Origin: Deltaproteobacteria bacterium
GTDB lineage: Bacteria > Myxococcota > JACRCW01
DNA length: 64,000 nt
NCBI GenBank assembly: GCA_016218805.1
Contig: JACRCW010000169.1
Location: 103,269 to 167,268, forward strand
Direction: 5' to 3'
Part shown: positions 38,587-47,368 of the stretch, piece after piece
Layout: every line of letters starts with the position of its first letter
Position numbering within the stretch: position 1 is the stretch's first letter
Notes under the pieces: model-generated
What the model was told of the DNA's origin: nothing
Seen by the model: only the letters and a program-made list of their open reading frames with translations
Databases searched by the model: none
Position numbers and translations under genes: made by a program

Positions 38587-39720
38587 TCAGGGACACTGCT
38601 GGGCCACGCACGGGTCACACAGGACCACGCAGGACGGGTCCTCCCAGACGCAGGTCCCCGCGCAGTTGCGGCTCCCAAAGCGGGACACCCCGCAGGCGGC
38701 GCACACCTGCTCGCAGGTTTCGCCAAAGGTGGCCGGATCCTGCCCGCTGCAGCTGCCGTCACACTGGATGGTGCCGGACACGCCGCAGTTGGGGCTGCTG
38801 CAGGGGTTCCCGTAGCCGGCGGGTTGGGCCGCGGCGCTGCAGCTGCCGTCACACTGGAAGGTCCCGCTGCTGCACGCGTTCCCGCATCCCTGCCCGTAGT
38901 TGCCCGGCGGGGCCGCCGCGCTGCAGGACCCGTCACACTGGATGGTGCCCGAATGACACGCGTTGCCGCAGGATTGCCCGTGCGTGGCCGGGTCACGGCC
39001 GCTGCAGGTCTGGTCACACTGGATGGTCCCGGGCACCTGGCAGGCGGCGGACTGGCAGGCCTGGCCGTAGTTGATGGGCGGACTGCCGCCGCACACGGTG
39101 CACGGCGCCGCGCTGCATGACCCGTCACACTGGATGGTGCCCGCGTTGCACAGGTTGGAGCACGCCGTGCCAAAGTCCGCGGGCGGGGCTGGCGCGTTGC
39201 AGCTCCCATCACACGCCACGGTCCCGGCGCCGCAGGTGCCCTGGCACACGGCGCCGTAGCCCGCGGGAAGGTCCCCGCAGTCCCCACACGCGTTGAGCGT
39301 GCAGCCGCTGACGGGGGGAGTGGCGCTGGCGCTGCTGACCCCGGGGCCCGCCCCGCTGGAGACCGCGCCCGCTGACGACCCTGTTGCGTGGGAGGAGGAC
39401 GCCGGGCCGCCGCGGGACGAGGACGCGGCGGCGCCGACGGTGGACGAACCTGCCGCCGCGCCGCTGGAGGCGCTGGAGGCGGGCGGACCGGAGCTGCCCG
39501 CCGCCACCGGGTCCGCGGGCCGGCACACGCCCTGGGCGCACTGCTGGGTCTCCGGGCAGTCACGCGGCGCGTTGCAGCGGAACGCACAGGCCCCCTCCAC
39601 GCAGGCCTGGTTGCCGCCGCAGTCCCCGTCAGACGCGCAGTCAGTCCCCGCGCTGTCCCGGCACGCAGGGCCCGCCAACAGGGCGGCCAGGAGCAGCGGA
39701 GCGCGCCACGGCGTGTGCAT
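38587..39720 (-). CDS. Cys-rich repeat lipoprotein
   Basis: AGPAC lipobox; C..D.DC modules; Ser-rich linker; about 7 repeats of (Y/F/H)G..C...C..GT.QCDGSC. Confidence 0.75.
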   Translation of the reverse strand: MHTPWRAPLLLAALLAGPACRDSAGTDCASDGDCGGNQACVEGACAFRCNAPRDCPETQQCAQGVCRPADPVAAGSSGPPASSASSGAAAGSSTVGAAASSSRGGPASSSHATGSSAGAVSSGAGPGVSSASATPPVSGCTLNACGDCGDLPAGYGAVCQGTCGAGTVACDGSCNAPAPPADFGTACSNLCNAGTIQCDGSCSAAPCTVCGGSPPINYGQACQSAACQVPGTIQCDQTCSGRDPATHGQSCGNACHSGTIQCDGSCSAAAPPGNYGQGCGNACSSGTFQCDGSCSAAAQPAGYGNPCSSPNCGVSGTIQCDGSCSGQDPATFGETCEQVCAACGVSRFGSRNCAGTCVWEDPSCVVLCDPCVAQQCP

Positions 39721-39788
39721 GCCCACCACGATACCGGGGGGGCACCCGGTTGCCAGGCCGTGCCGGTGGGTGACTGTGGGCGCCCCTG

Positions 39789-42700
39789 TCAGGGGCGTAC
39801 GGTGAACGAATAGGACCGCCCCGCGACTCGGACGGCGGGGAAGTACACGCGGACGAAATAGGTGCCAGCCGCGGAGGGCCGGATGCTCACCGGCTGCACG
39901 TTGGCCATCCCGGTGGCCAGCACATCCACGCCATTGGACGCCACCACGTCAAAGTACGCCTCAGACACGTTGGGGGCGGCCAGCGAGAAGGTGTAGGTGG
40001 TGCCCTGGCGCAGTGAGTACTGGTACCAATCGTCGTCAGCGGGGCACGCCATGCCGTTCAACGTGGTGCCGGCGTTCTGCACCCGGGCCTGCGCCGCGCT
40101 GTCATTCTCCTCCAGCGCGTCATCCGCGCACTGCATGACGGCCAGCACCAGGATGCTCACGCTGTAAGGCACGCCCGCAGCCGTCCCAAACGAATCCGCC
40201 ACCTGCAGGAAGTACGCGCCGGGCTGGCGGATGTCCGCGCGCAGCACCTTGATGGGCCCCGTCTGGCTGTACGTGTCACCCACCGGCGTGGACCCGTCCG
40301 GGGCAATGAGCACCAGGTCCAGCGGGCCTTCCGGGTTGCTGCCGGTCCGCAGCGTGATCTCCACCGCGCGGCCAACCGTCGCCGTCACGGCAAAGAAATC
40401 CAGGTCGTTGTACGTGCACAGCACGGACGAGGCGAATGCCGGCGCCGCCAGCGGCGTGGCCTCAGCGGGCGCGTTGTTGGGTTCAAACGTGTCCCCCTGG
40501 CAGGCCATGGGTTCCAGACTGAGGGTGAGCGCGTAGTCGCGGCCGCCCGTGCCCGTGGGTGGCCCCTGCACGCGCACGTACAGGATGTCCCCGGCCACGC
40601 CGTCACGGGACAGCGACTCAAACCCGGTGCCGGACGAGGACTCCGCCAACACGGTGCCCTGCCGGTCCAGCAATGACAGGCGCATGCGAGGCGGCGCCTG
40701 GTATTCCAGCGTCACGTCCAGCCGTCCCGTGTCGGGGAGCTGGACGGCGTAGTGGTCCAGGTCCTGGTCGCACAGGCGCGCCTGCAGAGACCGCCCCGGT
40801 TCCACAAACGTCGCGGTGCCCACGGTGTTGTTGCTCTCGTAGGCGTCGTTGGTGCAGCCCTGGCTCGGTTCGCGGACGTCCACCTGCAGCAGGTAGGGGC
40901 CCGTCCCCGCCGTGGGGCGCCCCTCCGGCGCGCCGTACACCTCCACCGTGTGACGGCCCGTTGACGACGTGGTGACCTCCAAGAACTCCGCGTTGCTCCC
41001 CGGCTGGCTGCCCACCGCCAACACGGTTGCATCCGGCTTCCGCACCCGCACGTCCAAGTTGCCGGCGCCCGGCAGCGGGAACAGTTGCGTGGTGATTCGC
41101 GCCCCCGGATTGCGCACGTCCACGGAGAAGAAGTCCCGGTCACCCTGGCACACCTGCGCCTGCACGGGCCCCGTGTATGCGCGGGACGTGGCCATGGTGT
41201 CATTGGGCTCCCAGTTGTCCGGCACGCACGTGTTGGTGCTGGAGCGGTTGACGGTCAGCACGTAGTCAACGCCCTGCATGCCCGCCGGGCGGATGCGGAC
41301 GCGCAAGGTGCCGCTGGCGTCCGTGACCGCGGCCCCCTGCCCGCCCGGCTGCGGCGTGCTGGTGGCAAGCAGGCGCTGCGGATCCAACCCGTCCCACACC
41401 TCAAACGCGCCCAGGAATCCCGGGCCTGACTGGGACAGCGTCACCGTCACGTTGTCGCCCGGGGCGCCGTCCGTGCGGAACCAGTCCTCTTCGCCCGGGC
41501 AGATGGTCCCCCAGGTGGACGGGGCCCGGTAGGTGGCGGCGGTGCCCCAGCCCTCATTGGGCTCACTGGGATCATTGACGCCGCAATTGGCGCCGCTGGA
41601 CGCCAGGAACGTGTACGCCGCGCCTTCCGGCGGCAGGCCCTCCGCACTGATACGGACGTAAAGCGGCTCGCCCGGCTGGCCGGGCACCACCAGTGACAGC
41701 GACGGGCCGGGGCCCCGGACCTCCTGGAGCACCCGCCCGTTGAGGTCCTCCGCGGACAGGTGGAACACCGTGGCAGAGGTGCCGGCCTGGGCGTTGAGGC
41801 TGAGGCGGAGGTCGCCGTTGGCCCACACCAGGATCACGTCGTCGTCACCCGGGCACAGCGTGCCGTCCAGCGGTTCGTCCGGGCCCCACTGGGTGGCCTG
41901 GCCCAGCGTGTCATTCTCCTCAAACCGGTCATCAAAACAGCTGCCGCCCCCAGGCTGCTGGGCCACGGACAACGTGTACGGCCCGGTCCCCTGCTCCGGC
42001 CGCCCCGACGGGAAGCCATAGACCTGCACCGCGTAGCGCCCCGCCTGCGGCGCGGCCAGGCTGATGGTCTCCTGCCCGAAGGCCGCCTCGGACCGGCCGA
42101 TCTCCTCGCCCGCCGGGTTGCGCAGAATCAGGTCCAGGTCCCCGGTGGAGGGACCCGGGATCATGTCCGCGGTGACCTGCGTGCCCGCCGCAGCCACATC
42201 AAACACGAAGAAATCCTCATCACCCTGACAGATGGTGGCGGCCACAGCGCCCGGCAGCAGCGTGGCCCGCGAGAGACTGTTGTTGGGCTCAAACGCATCC
42301 GGGATGCAGTTCATGGGCGTGGTCAGCGTGAGGCGCGCGTCATACGTGGTGGTCCACGGCGACGACGACCGCGCAACCAGGTGCGTCCGCCCCGCCACGT
42401 TGCCGGCCGCCACAGACCACGCCGTGCCGGACACGCGGGTCCCCATCAACAGCAGGTTGCCCACGGCGTCGCGCAGTTCCAGGGTGAATGCGTCGTCGCT
42501 GCGGGAGAGGGTCACGGCGACATTGACGTCGTCACCCGCGCTGCTGGGGATGGCGAACCAGTCCGCATCACCGCCGCAGGTGGCTGCCGCCGTGATGAGA
42601 GTGGTGATCGCGGCGGCCGAGCCGATGCCGTCGTTGGACTCGTAGACGTCACCCGCGGCGCAGACCGGCCCGCTGTCCGGGGGGCCCGCGTCAGGGCGAC

Positions 42701-43292
42701 CGGCGTCAGGGCGACCGGCGTCAGGGCGGCCGGCGTCGGGGCGACCAGCGTCAGGGCGGCCGGCGTCGGGGCGACCAGCGTCGGGGCGGCCGGCGTCGGG
42801 GCGGCCAGCGTCGGGGCGGCCGGCGTCGGGACGGCCGGCGTCAGGGCGGCCGGCGTCGGGACGGCCAGCGTCAGGGATGGAGGCATCAGGCGGGCCGCCG
42901 TCGGGCTCCACCGCGCCGTCAGGCTGGGCGGCGTCACGGACTGACGCGTCGCGCGGTGGGCCAGCGTCACGGTTGGGATCCACGACGGAGGCGTCCCGCG
43001 GCGTGCCGTTCCCCGGGCCGGTTCCGCCCTGGTAGCCGGGTGCGCACGGATTGCCCGCGCCCAGTCCGCCGCCGCACACGCCGCCGGTGCACTGCTGCCC
43101 GGTGGGGCACTGCTCATCCGCGGTGCAGCGCGCCTGGCAGGCACCCTCCACGCACGCGTAGCCGTTGACGCATTCGTCGTCGGAGGAACAGCACTGCGCC
43201 AGGCCGGCGCCCGCCGGCGAGTCCACGCAGGCCGCCCACGCGGCCCCTGCCAGGACGACGGACCAAAGACGCCAACGGCCGTGTGTTTCCAT
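39789..43292 (-). CDS. Large lipoprotein (1167 aa) with a PDAGR repeat stalk and eight PPC-like (pre-peptidase C-terminal) modules
   Basis: AAWAAC lipobox after GGAG-ATG; eight modules each beginning C..D.(Y/F/W/S/L)E.N and containing D.D(W/F)(F/Y); no catalytic domain seen. Confidence 0.82.
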   Translation of the reverse strand: METHGRWRLWSVVLAGAAWAACVDSPAGAGLAQCCSSDDECVNGYACVEGACQARCTADEQCPTGQQCTGGVCGGGLGAGNPCAPGYQGGTGPGNGTPRDASVVDPNRDAGPPRDASVRDAAQPDGAVEPDGGPPDASIPDAGRPDAGRPDAGRPDAGRPDAGRPDAGRPDAGRPDAGRPDAGRPDAGRPDAGRPDAGRPDAGPPDSGPVCAAGDVYESNDGIGSAAAITTLITAAATCGGDADWFAIPSSAGDDVNVAVTLSRSDDAFTLELRDAVGNLLLMGTRVSGTAWSVAAGNVAGRTHLVARSSSPWTTTYDARLTLTTPMNCIPDAFEPNNSLSRATLLPGAVAATICQGDEDFFVFDVAAAGTQVTADMIPGPSTGDLDLILRNPAGEEIGRSEAAFGQETISLAAPQAGRYAVQVYGFPSGRPEQGTGPYTLSVAQQPGGGSCFDDRFEENDTLGQATQWGPDEPLDGTLCPGDDDVILVWANGDLRLSLNAQAGTSATVFHLSAEDLNGRVLQEVRGPGPSLSLVVPGQPGEPLYVRISAEGLPPEGAAYTFLASSGANCGVNDPSEPNEGWGTAATYRAPSTWGTICPGEEDWFRTDGAPGDNVTVTLSQSGPGFLGAFEVWDGLDPQRLLATSTPQPGGQGAAVTDASGTLRVRIRPAGMQGVDYVLTVNRSSTNTCVPDNWEPNDTMATSRAYTGPVQAQVCQGDRDFFSVDVRNPGARITTQLFPLPGAGNLDVRVRKPDATVLAVGSQPGSNAEFLEVTTSSTGRHTVEVYGAPEGRPTAGTGPYLLQVDVREPSQGCTNDAYESNNTVGTATFVEPGRSLQARLCDQDLDHYAVQLPDTGRLDVTLEYQAPPRMRLSLLDRQGTVLAESSSGTGFESLSRDGVAGDILYVRVQGPPTGTGGRDYALTLSLEPMACQGDTFEPNNAPAEATPLAAPAFASSVLCTYNDLDFFAVTATVGRAVEITLRTGSNPEGPLDLVLIAPDGSTPVGDTYSQTGPIKVLRADIRQPGAYFLQVADSFGTAAGVPYSVSILVLAVMQCADDALEENDSAAQARVQNAGTTLNGMACPADDDWYQYSLRQGTTYTFSLAAPNVSEAYFDVVASNGVDVLATGMANVQPVSIRPSAAGTYFVRVYFPAVRVAGRSYSFTVRP
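42685..42875. repeat. 15-bp coding tandem repeat, 13 units (12 x PDAGR + PDAGP)
   Basis: gcgtc(a/g)gg recurs every 15 bp from 42688 to 42868, with variation at synonymous positions. Confidence 0.95.
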
Positions 43293-43351
43293 GCCACGCT
43301 CCTGATCACGCCAAGGGGACTCGACGCTAGCAGGCGCGCGCGGGGGCCGCC

Positions 43352-44344
43352 TCAATGCGCCGTCTTCACCCACTGGGCAAACCGCGCCATCCCCTCCGCC
43401 AGGGGCACGCGCGGCTCCCAGCCCAGCATGCGCGCCGCCTTGCTCACGTCCGCGCTGGTGAGGCGCACGTCCCCCGGTTGCGGCGGTGCCCACGTCCGCT
43501 GCGCGGTGATCCCCAGCGCCTTCTCCAGCGCTTCCACCATCTCCAGCAGCGTCGTCGTGCGGCTGCCACCCAGGTTGAACACGTCCATGGTGCCCGCGGG
43601 CTGCTGCACCAGCCAGTCATCCGCGGCCATGATCCCCGCCACAATGTCCAGCACAAACGTGTAGTCCCGCGCCGTGCTCCCGTCGCCAAACAACTGGATG
43701 GGCCGGCCCGCCAGCATGTTGCGCGCAAAGCTGTGGATGGCCAGGTCCGGCCGTTGCCGTGGCCCGTACACCGTGAACAACCGAAGCGCCGCCACGCGCA
43801 TGCCGTGGACGTGCGCGTGCGCCGCGCAAAAGTGCTCGCACGCGCGCTTGCTGGCCGCGTACGGGCTCACCGGCTTGTCCGCGGGTGCGTCCTCCCGGAA
43901 CGGCGCGGGGCTGTTGTCCCCGTACACGGATGACGACGACGCAAACACCACGCGCGCACCCACGGCGCGCGCCCACTCCAGCACCTGCACGGTGCCCTGC
44001 ACGTTCACGCGCGCGTACCCGGCGGGGTCCTTCAGGGACGGCCGCACGCCCGCGCGCGCCGCCCAGTGGAACACCACGTCCACCGGCCCGCTGACAACGC
44101 TGCCGGGCGTCATGTCCAGGATGTCCCGTTCCTCGCACCGGAAGCGGACACCGCGCGCGGTGGCCAGCGCGGCCAGGTCCGCCAGGTTCTTCTGCTTGAC
44201 CGCGCGGTCATAGAACGGATCAAAGTTGTCCACGCCCACCACGTCACAGCCTTCTTCAAACAGGCGGCTGCAGAGGTGGAAGCCGATGAAGCCCGCGGCG
44301 CCGGTGACCACGCAGGTGCGGCGGGATGGGTTGGGTGACGTCAT
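43352..44344 (-). CDS. NAD-dependent epimerase, UDP-glucuronate 4-epimerase-like
   Basis: VTGAAGFIG; AARAGVRPSL; ASSSSVYG; PVSPYAASK; FTVYGPRQRPDLA; RDYTFV.DIV.GI. Confidence 0.92.
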   Translation of the reverse strand: MTSPNPSRRTCVVTGAAGFIGFHLCSRLFEEGCDVVGVDNFDPFYDRAVKQKNLADLAALATARGVRFRCEERDILDMTPGSVVSGPVDVVFHWAARAGVRPSLKDPAGYARVNVQGTVQVLEWARAVGARVVFASSSSVYGDNSPAPFREDAPADKPVSPYAASKRACEHFCAAHAHVHGMRVAALRLFTVYGPRQRPDLAIHSFARNMLAGRPIQLFGDGSTARDYTFVLDIVAGIMAADDWLVQQPAGTMDVFNLGGSRTTTLLEMVEALEKALGITAQRTWAPPQPGDVRLTSADVSKAARMLGWEPRVPLAEGMARFAQWVKTAH

Positions 44345-44454
44345 GGCGGGCGCATAGAGCACAGCCCGCGGCGCAGTGGGAAGGGGTGCCCGGCCCGGCC
44401 CCGCTTGACCGGGGCGTGACGTCCTGCCAAGCCGGCGGCGCCAGCGAGGAGCGC

Positions 44455-45450
44455 ATGACCGAACCCGATCTCAGCGTGGTGGTCCCCGTCTACAACGAGC
44501 AGGACAACCTGCGCCCCCTGCTCACGGAGATTGAAGCGGCGCTGCAGCCCACCGGCCTGTCCTATGAGGTCATTGCCGTGGACGACGGCAGCCGGGACGG
44601 CACGCGCGCGCTGCTGGAGACGCTGGCCACCGAGAAGCCGTACCTGCGCGTGGTGTTCTTCCGGCGGAACTTTGGCCAGACGGCGGCGTTTGACGCGGGG
44701 TTCAAACACGCGCGCGGACGCCTGCTGGCCACCATGGACGCGGACCTCCAGAATGACCCCAAGGACATTCCGCTGATGCTGGCGCGGCTGGAGAAGGAAG
44801 GCCATGACGTCGTGGTGGGGTGGCGCCGCAACCGCAAGGACGGCATGGTGCTGCGCAAGGTGCCGTCATGGATTGCCAACGCGTTCATCCGGCGCGTGAC
44901 GGGGACCAAGGTGCATGATCTGGGGTGTTCGCTGCGCGTGTACCGGCGGGAGATCACCGAGCAGCTCAACCTGTACGGCGAGATGCACCGCTTCATCTCC
45001 GTGCTGGCGGAAGGCGTGGGCGCGCGCGTGGCTGAGATGGAAGTGCACCACCGCCCGCGGCACGCCGGGTCCTCCAAGTACGGGCTGATGCGCACGTTGA
45101 AGGTCATCCTGGACCTCGTCACCGTGTGGTTCATGCACGGCTACCAGACCAAGCCCATCTACATCTTCGGCGGCGTGGGGCTGGGCATGCTGGCGGTGGG
45201 CGGCGGGTTCGGCGCGTGGTCGCTGTATGACAAGTTCTTCCACGACGTGTGGGTGCACAACAATCCGCTGTTCATCCTGGGCGTGATGTTCGGGCTGATG
45301 GGCGTGCAGTCCCTGCTCACCGGCATCATCGCCGAGCTGCTCATCCGCACGTATTTTGAAAGCGGCGGCAAACGCGGCTGGCACGTGGCACGCACGCTGG
45401 GCTTCCATGACAGTCCGCGCCCGGCACCGGGCGCCACCGCCCCCAACTGA
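44455..45450 (+). CDS. GT2 polyprenol-phosphate glycosyltransferase (ArnC/RgtE/DPM-like)
   Basis: SVVVPVYNE; VDDGSRDGT; RNFGQTAA; MDADLQNDP; GEMHRFI; two C-terminal TM helices. Confidence 0.92.
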   Translation: MTEPDLSVVVPVYNEQDNLRPLLTEIEAALQPTGLSYEVIAVDDGSRDGTRALLETLATEKPYLRVVFFRRNFGQTAAFDAGFKHARGRLLATMDADLQNDPKDIPLMLARLEKEGHDVVVGWRRNRKDGMVLRKVPSWIANAFIRRVTGTKVHDLGCSLRVYRREITEQLNLYGEMHRFISVLAEGVGARVAEMEVHHRPRHAGSSKYGLMRTLKVILDLVTVWFMHGYQTKPIYIFGGVGLGMLAVGGGFGAWSLYDKFFHDVWVHNNPLFILGVMFGLMGVQSLLTGIIAELLIRTYFESGGKRGWHVARTLGFHDSPRPAPGATAPN

Positions 45451-45458
45451 GCCAGACC

Positions 45459-47342
45459 ATGTGCGGCATCACCGGGTTCATCCAGAAATCACCGGACACG
45501 TCCGCATTGGACGAGATGCTGGCGCGCATTGCGCACCGCGGACCGGACGGGCACGGCCGCTGGGTGGGACGCCACGGCGAGTGGACCGTGGCGCTGGGGC
45601 ACCGCCGCCTGTCCATCATTGACGTGGAGGGCGGGCGCCAGCCGCTGGCCAACGAGGACAGCAGCGTCCAGATCACGTTCAACGGTGAGGTCTACAACTT
45701 CCGCGAACTGCGCGAGCGCCTGGTGCCGCGCCACCGCTTCACCACGCGCAGCGATACCGAGGTCATTGTCCACCTGTACGAAGAGGACGGCGCCGCGGCC
45801 ATTCCGCAGCTCAACGGGATGTTCGCGCTGGGCTTGTGGAAGCAGGCGGACGGGTCCCTGCTGCTGGCGCGTGACCGCGTGGGCATCAAACCGCTGTATT
45901 GGGCGCGCCTTCCTGACGGTGGCCTCGCGTTCTCGTCGGAGTTGTGGTCGCTGCTGGCGCACCCGGGCGTACCGCGCTCCATCTCAGCGGATGGGGTGCT
46001 GGGCTACTTCTTCTCTGACTACCTGCACCCGCCGGGAACCATCCTGGAGAGCGTGCACAAGCTCCCTCCCGGCCACACGCTGCGGTGGCAAGACGGCGCG
46101 CTGAGTGGCCCCACCCGCTACTGGTCGGTGGAGGACCTCTCCGCCGTGCCGACGACGGAAACCCCCGCCCGGCTGGCCGCGCGGTTGTGGGACCTCACCG
46201 GCGAAGCGGTGCAGCGTCAAATGGTCTCCGACGTCCCGGTGGGCGTGCTGCTGAGCGGCGGACTGGATTCGTCCCTGGTGGCGGTGCATGCGGGGCGCGC
46301 CAGCCCGGAACCGCTGCGGACGTTCTCCATTGCGTTTGAGGAGCGTTCTTTTGATGAGAGTTCCTACGCGCGCATCATTGCGCGGCAGATGCGCTCCATT
46401 CACGTGGAGGAGACGCTCTCTGAAAAGAACCTCATTGACGTGGTGGAACGCGCCCTGGCGCAGCTGGATGAACCGCTGGCGGACCCCGCGTACCTCCCGC
46501 AATACCTGCTCAGCGAACTGGCCGCGCGCCACGTGAAGGTGGTGCTGGGAGGCGACGGTGGCGACGAGCTGTGGGCCGGCTACCCGACCTACCAGGCGCA
46601 CGCGGTGTCACCGCTGTATGCGGCCCTGCCGCACCGCATCCGCCGCTCCGCGGTGGAACGCGTCATCCGCCGGCTGCCGGTGCAGGACCGCTATTCCAGC
46701 CTGGAATGGAAGCTCAAGCGCTTCGCGCTGCGTTTTGATGACGAGCCCATCCGCCGCCACCTGCGCTGGATGTCCGCCACGGACCTCCCCAATCTGTGGC
46801 GCGCGCTGCCCTCATTGGACGGCCGCCTCCCGGCCACGCTGCGGGACGTGCGTGCCCCGGACCACGACGCCCTCAACCGCATCCTCAAGCTGGATTTCAC
46901 CACGTACATGTCCGGCTCCGTGCTCACCAAGGTGGACCGCGCGTCCATGGCGCACGCACTGGAGGTCCGCCCGCCGCTGCTGGACAACGATGTGGTGGAC
47001 TGGAGCTTCCGCACGCCGTCGTCACTCAAGCTGCACCGCCTGCAGACCAAGCACCTGTTGAAGGCCGCCGCGCGCGGACACGTGCCGGATGCCATCATTG
47101 ACCGGCCCAAGAAGGGGTTTGGTATCCCGCTGCGCACGTGGCTGCGCGGCGGGCTGCGCCCCACGCTGGAAGGCGTGCTCCGCGAGTCCCCCGTCTGGGA
47201 CCTGGGCCTGTTGGACCGGGCCGTATTTGGCGATTGGGTGCGCACGCACGTGGAGGGAAGCGCAGACCACTCCAAGGGGCTGTGGGCGCTGTTGGTGCTG
47301 GACCGCTGGACCCGCAAGGTGCAGCCGGGGGCGCCGGGATGA
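45459..47342 (+). CDS. asnB: Asparagine synthase (glutamine-hydrolysing) family amidotransferase
   Basis: MCGITG; HRGPD; LGHRRLSIID; FNGEVYN; LSGGLDSS; GDGGDEL; KVDRASMAHALEVRPP; RPKKGF. Confidence 0.95.
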   Translation: MCGITGFIQKSPDTSALDEMLARIAHRGPDGHGRWVGRHGEWTVALGHRRLSIIDVEGGRQPLANEDSSVQITFNGEVYNFRELRERLVPRHRFTTRSDTEVIVHLYEEDGAAAIPQLNGMFALGLWKQADGSLLLARDRVGIKPLYWARLPDGGLAFSSELWSLLAHPGVPRSISADGVLGYFFSDYLHPPGTILESVHKLPPGHTLRWQDGALSGPTRYWSVEDLSAVPTTETPARLAARLWDLTGEAVQRQMVSDVPVGVLLSGGLDSSLVAVHAGRASPEPLRTFSIAFEERSFDESSYARIIARQMRSIHVEETLSEKNLIDVVERALAQLDEPLADPAYLPQYLLSELAARHVKVVLGGDGGDELWAGYPTYQAHAVSPLYAALPHRIRRSAVERVIRRLPVQDRYSSLEWKLKRFALRFDDEPIRRHLRWMSATDLPNLWRALPSLDGRLPATLRDVRAPDHDALNRILKLDFTTYMSGSVLTKVDRASMAHALEVRPPLLDNDVVDWSFRTPSSLKLHRLQTKHLLKAAARGHVPDAIIDRPKKGFGIPLRTWLRGGLRPTLEGVLRESPVWDLGLLDRAVFGDWVRTHVEGSADHSKGLWALLVLDRWTRKVQPGAPG

Positions 47343-47368
47343 GGGCCGCGCGCAGGCGCTGAAAGAAG

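Noticed and set aside
39730-39775. Sigma54-like motifs upstream of 39720, and similar ones near 31080 and 50670
   Set aside because: GG-to-GC spacing is 9 rather than the required 10 nt.
42685-42875. Regular repeat as a possible CRISPR array (likewise 5174-5253)
   Set aside because: Units are contiguous with no spacers, are multiples of 3 inside ORFs, and no cas genes are present.
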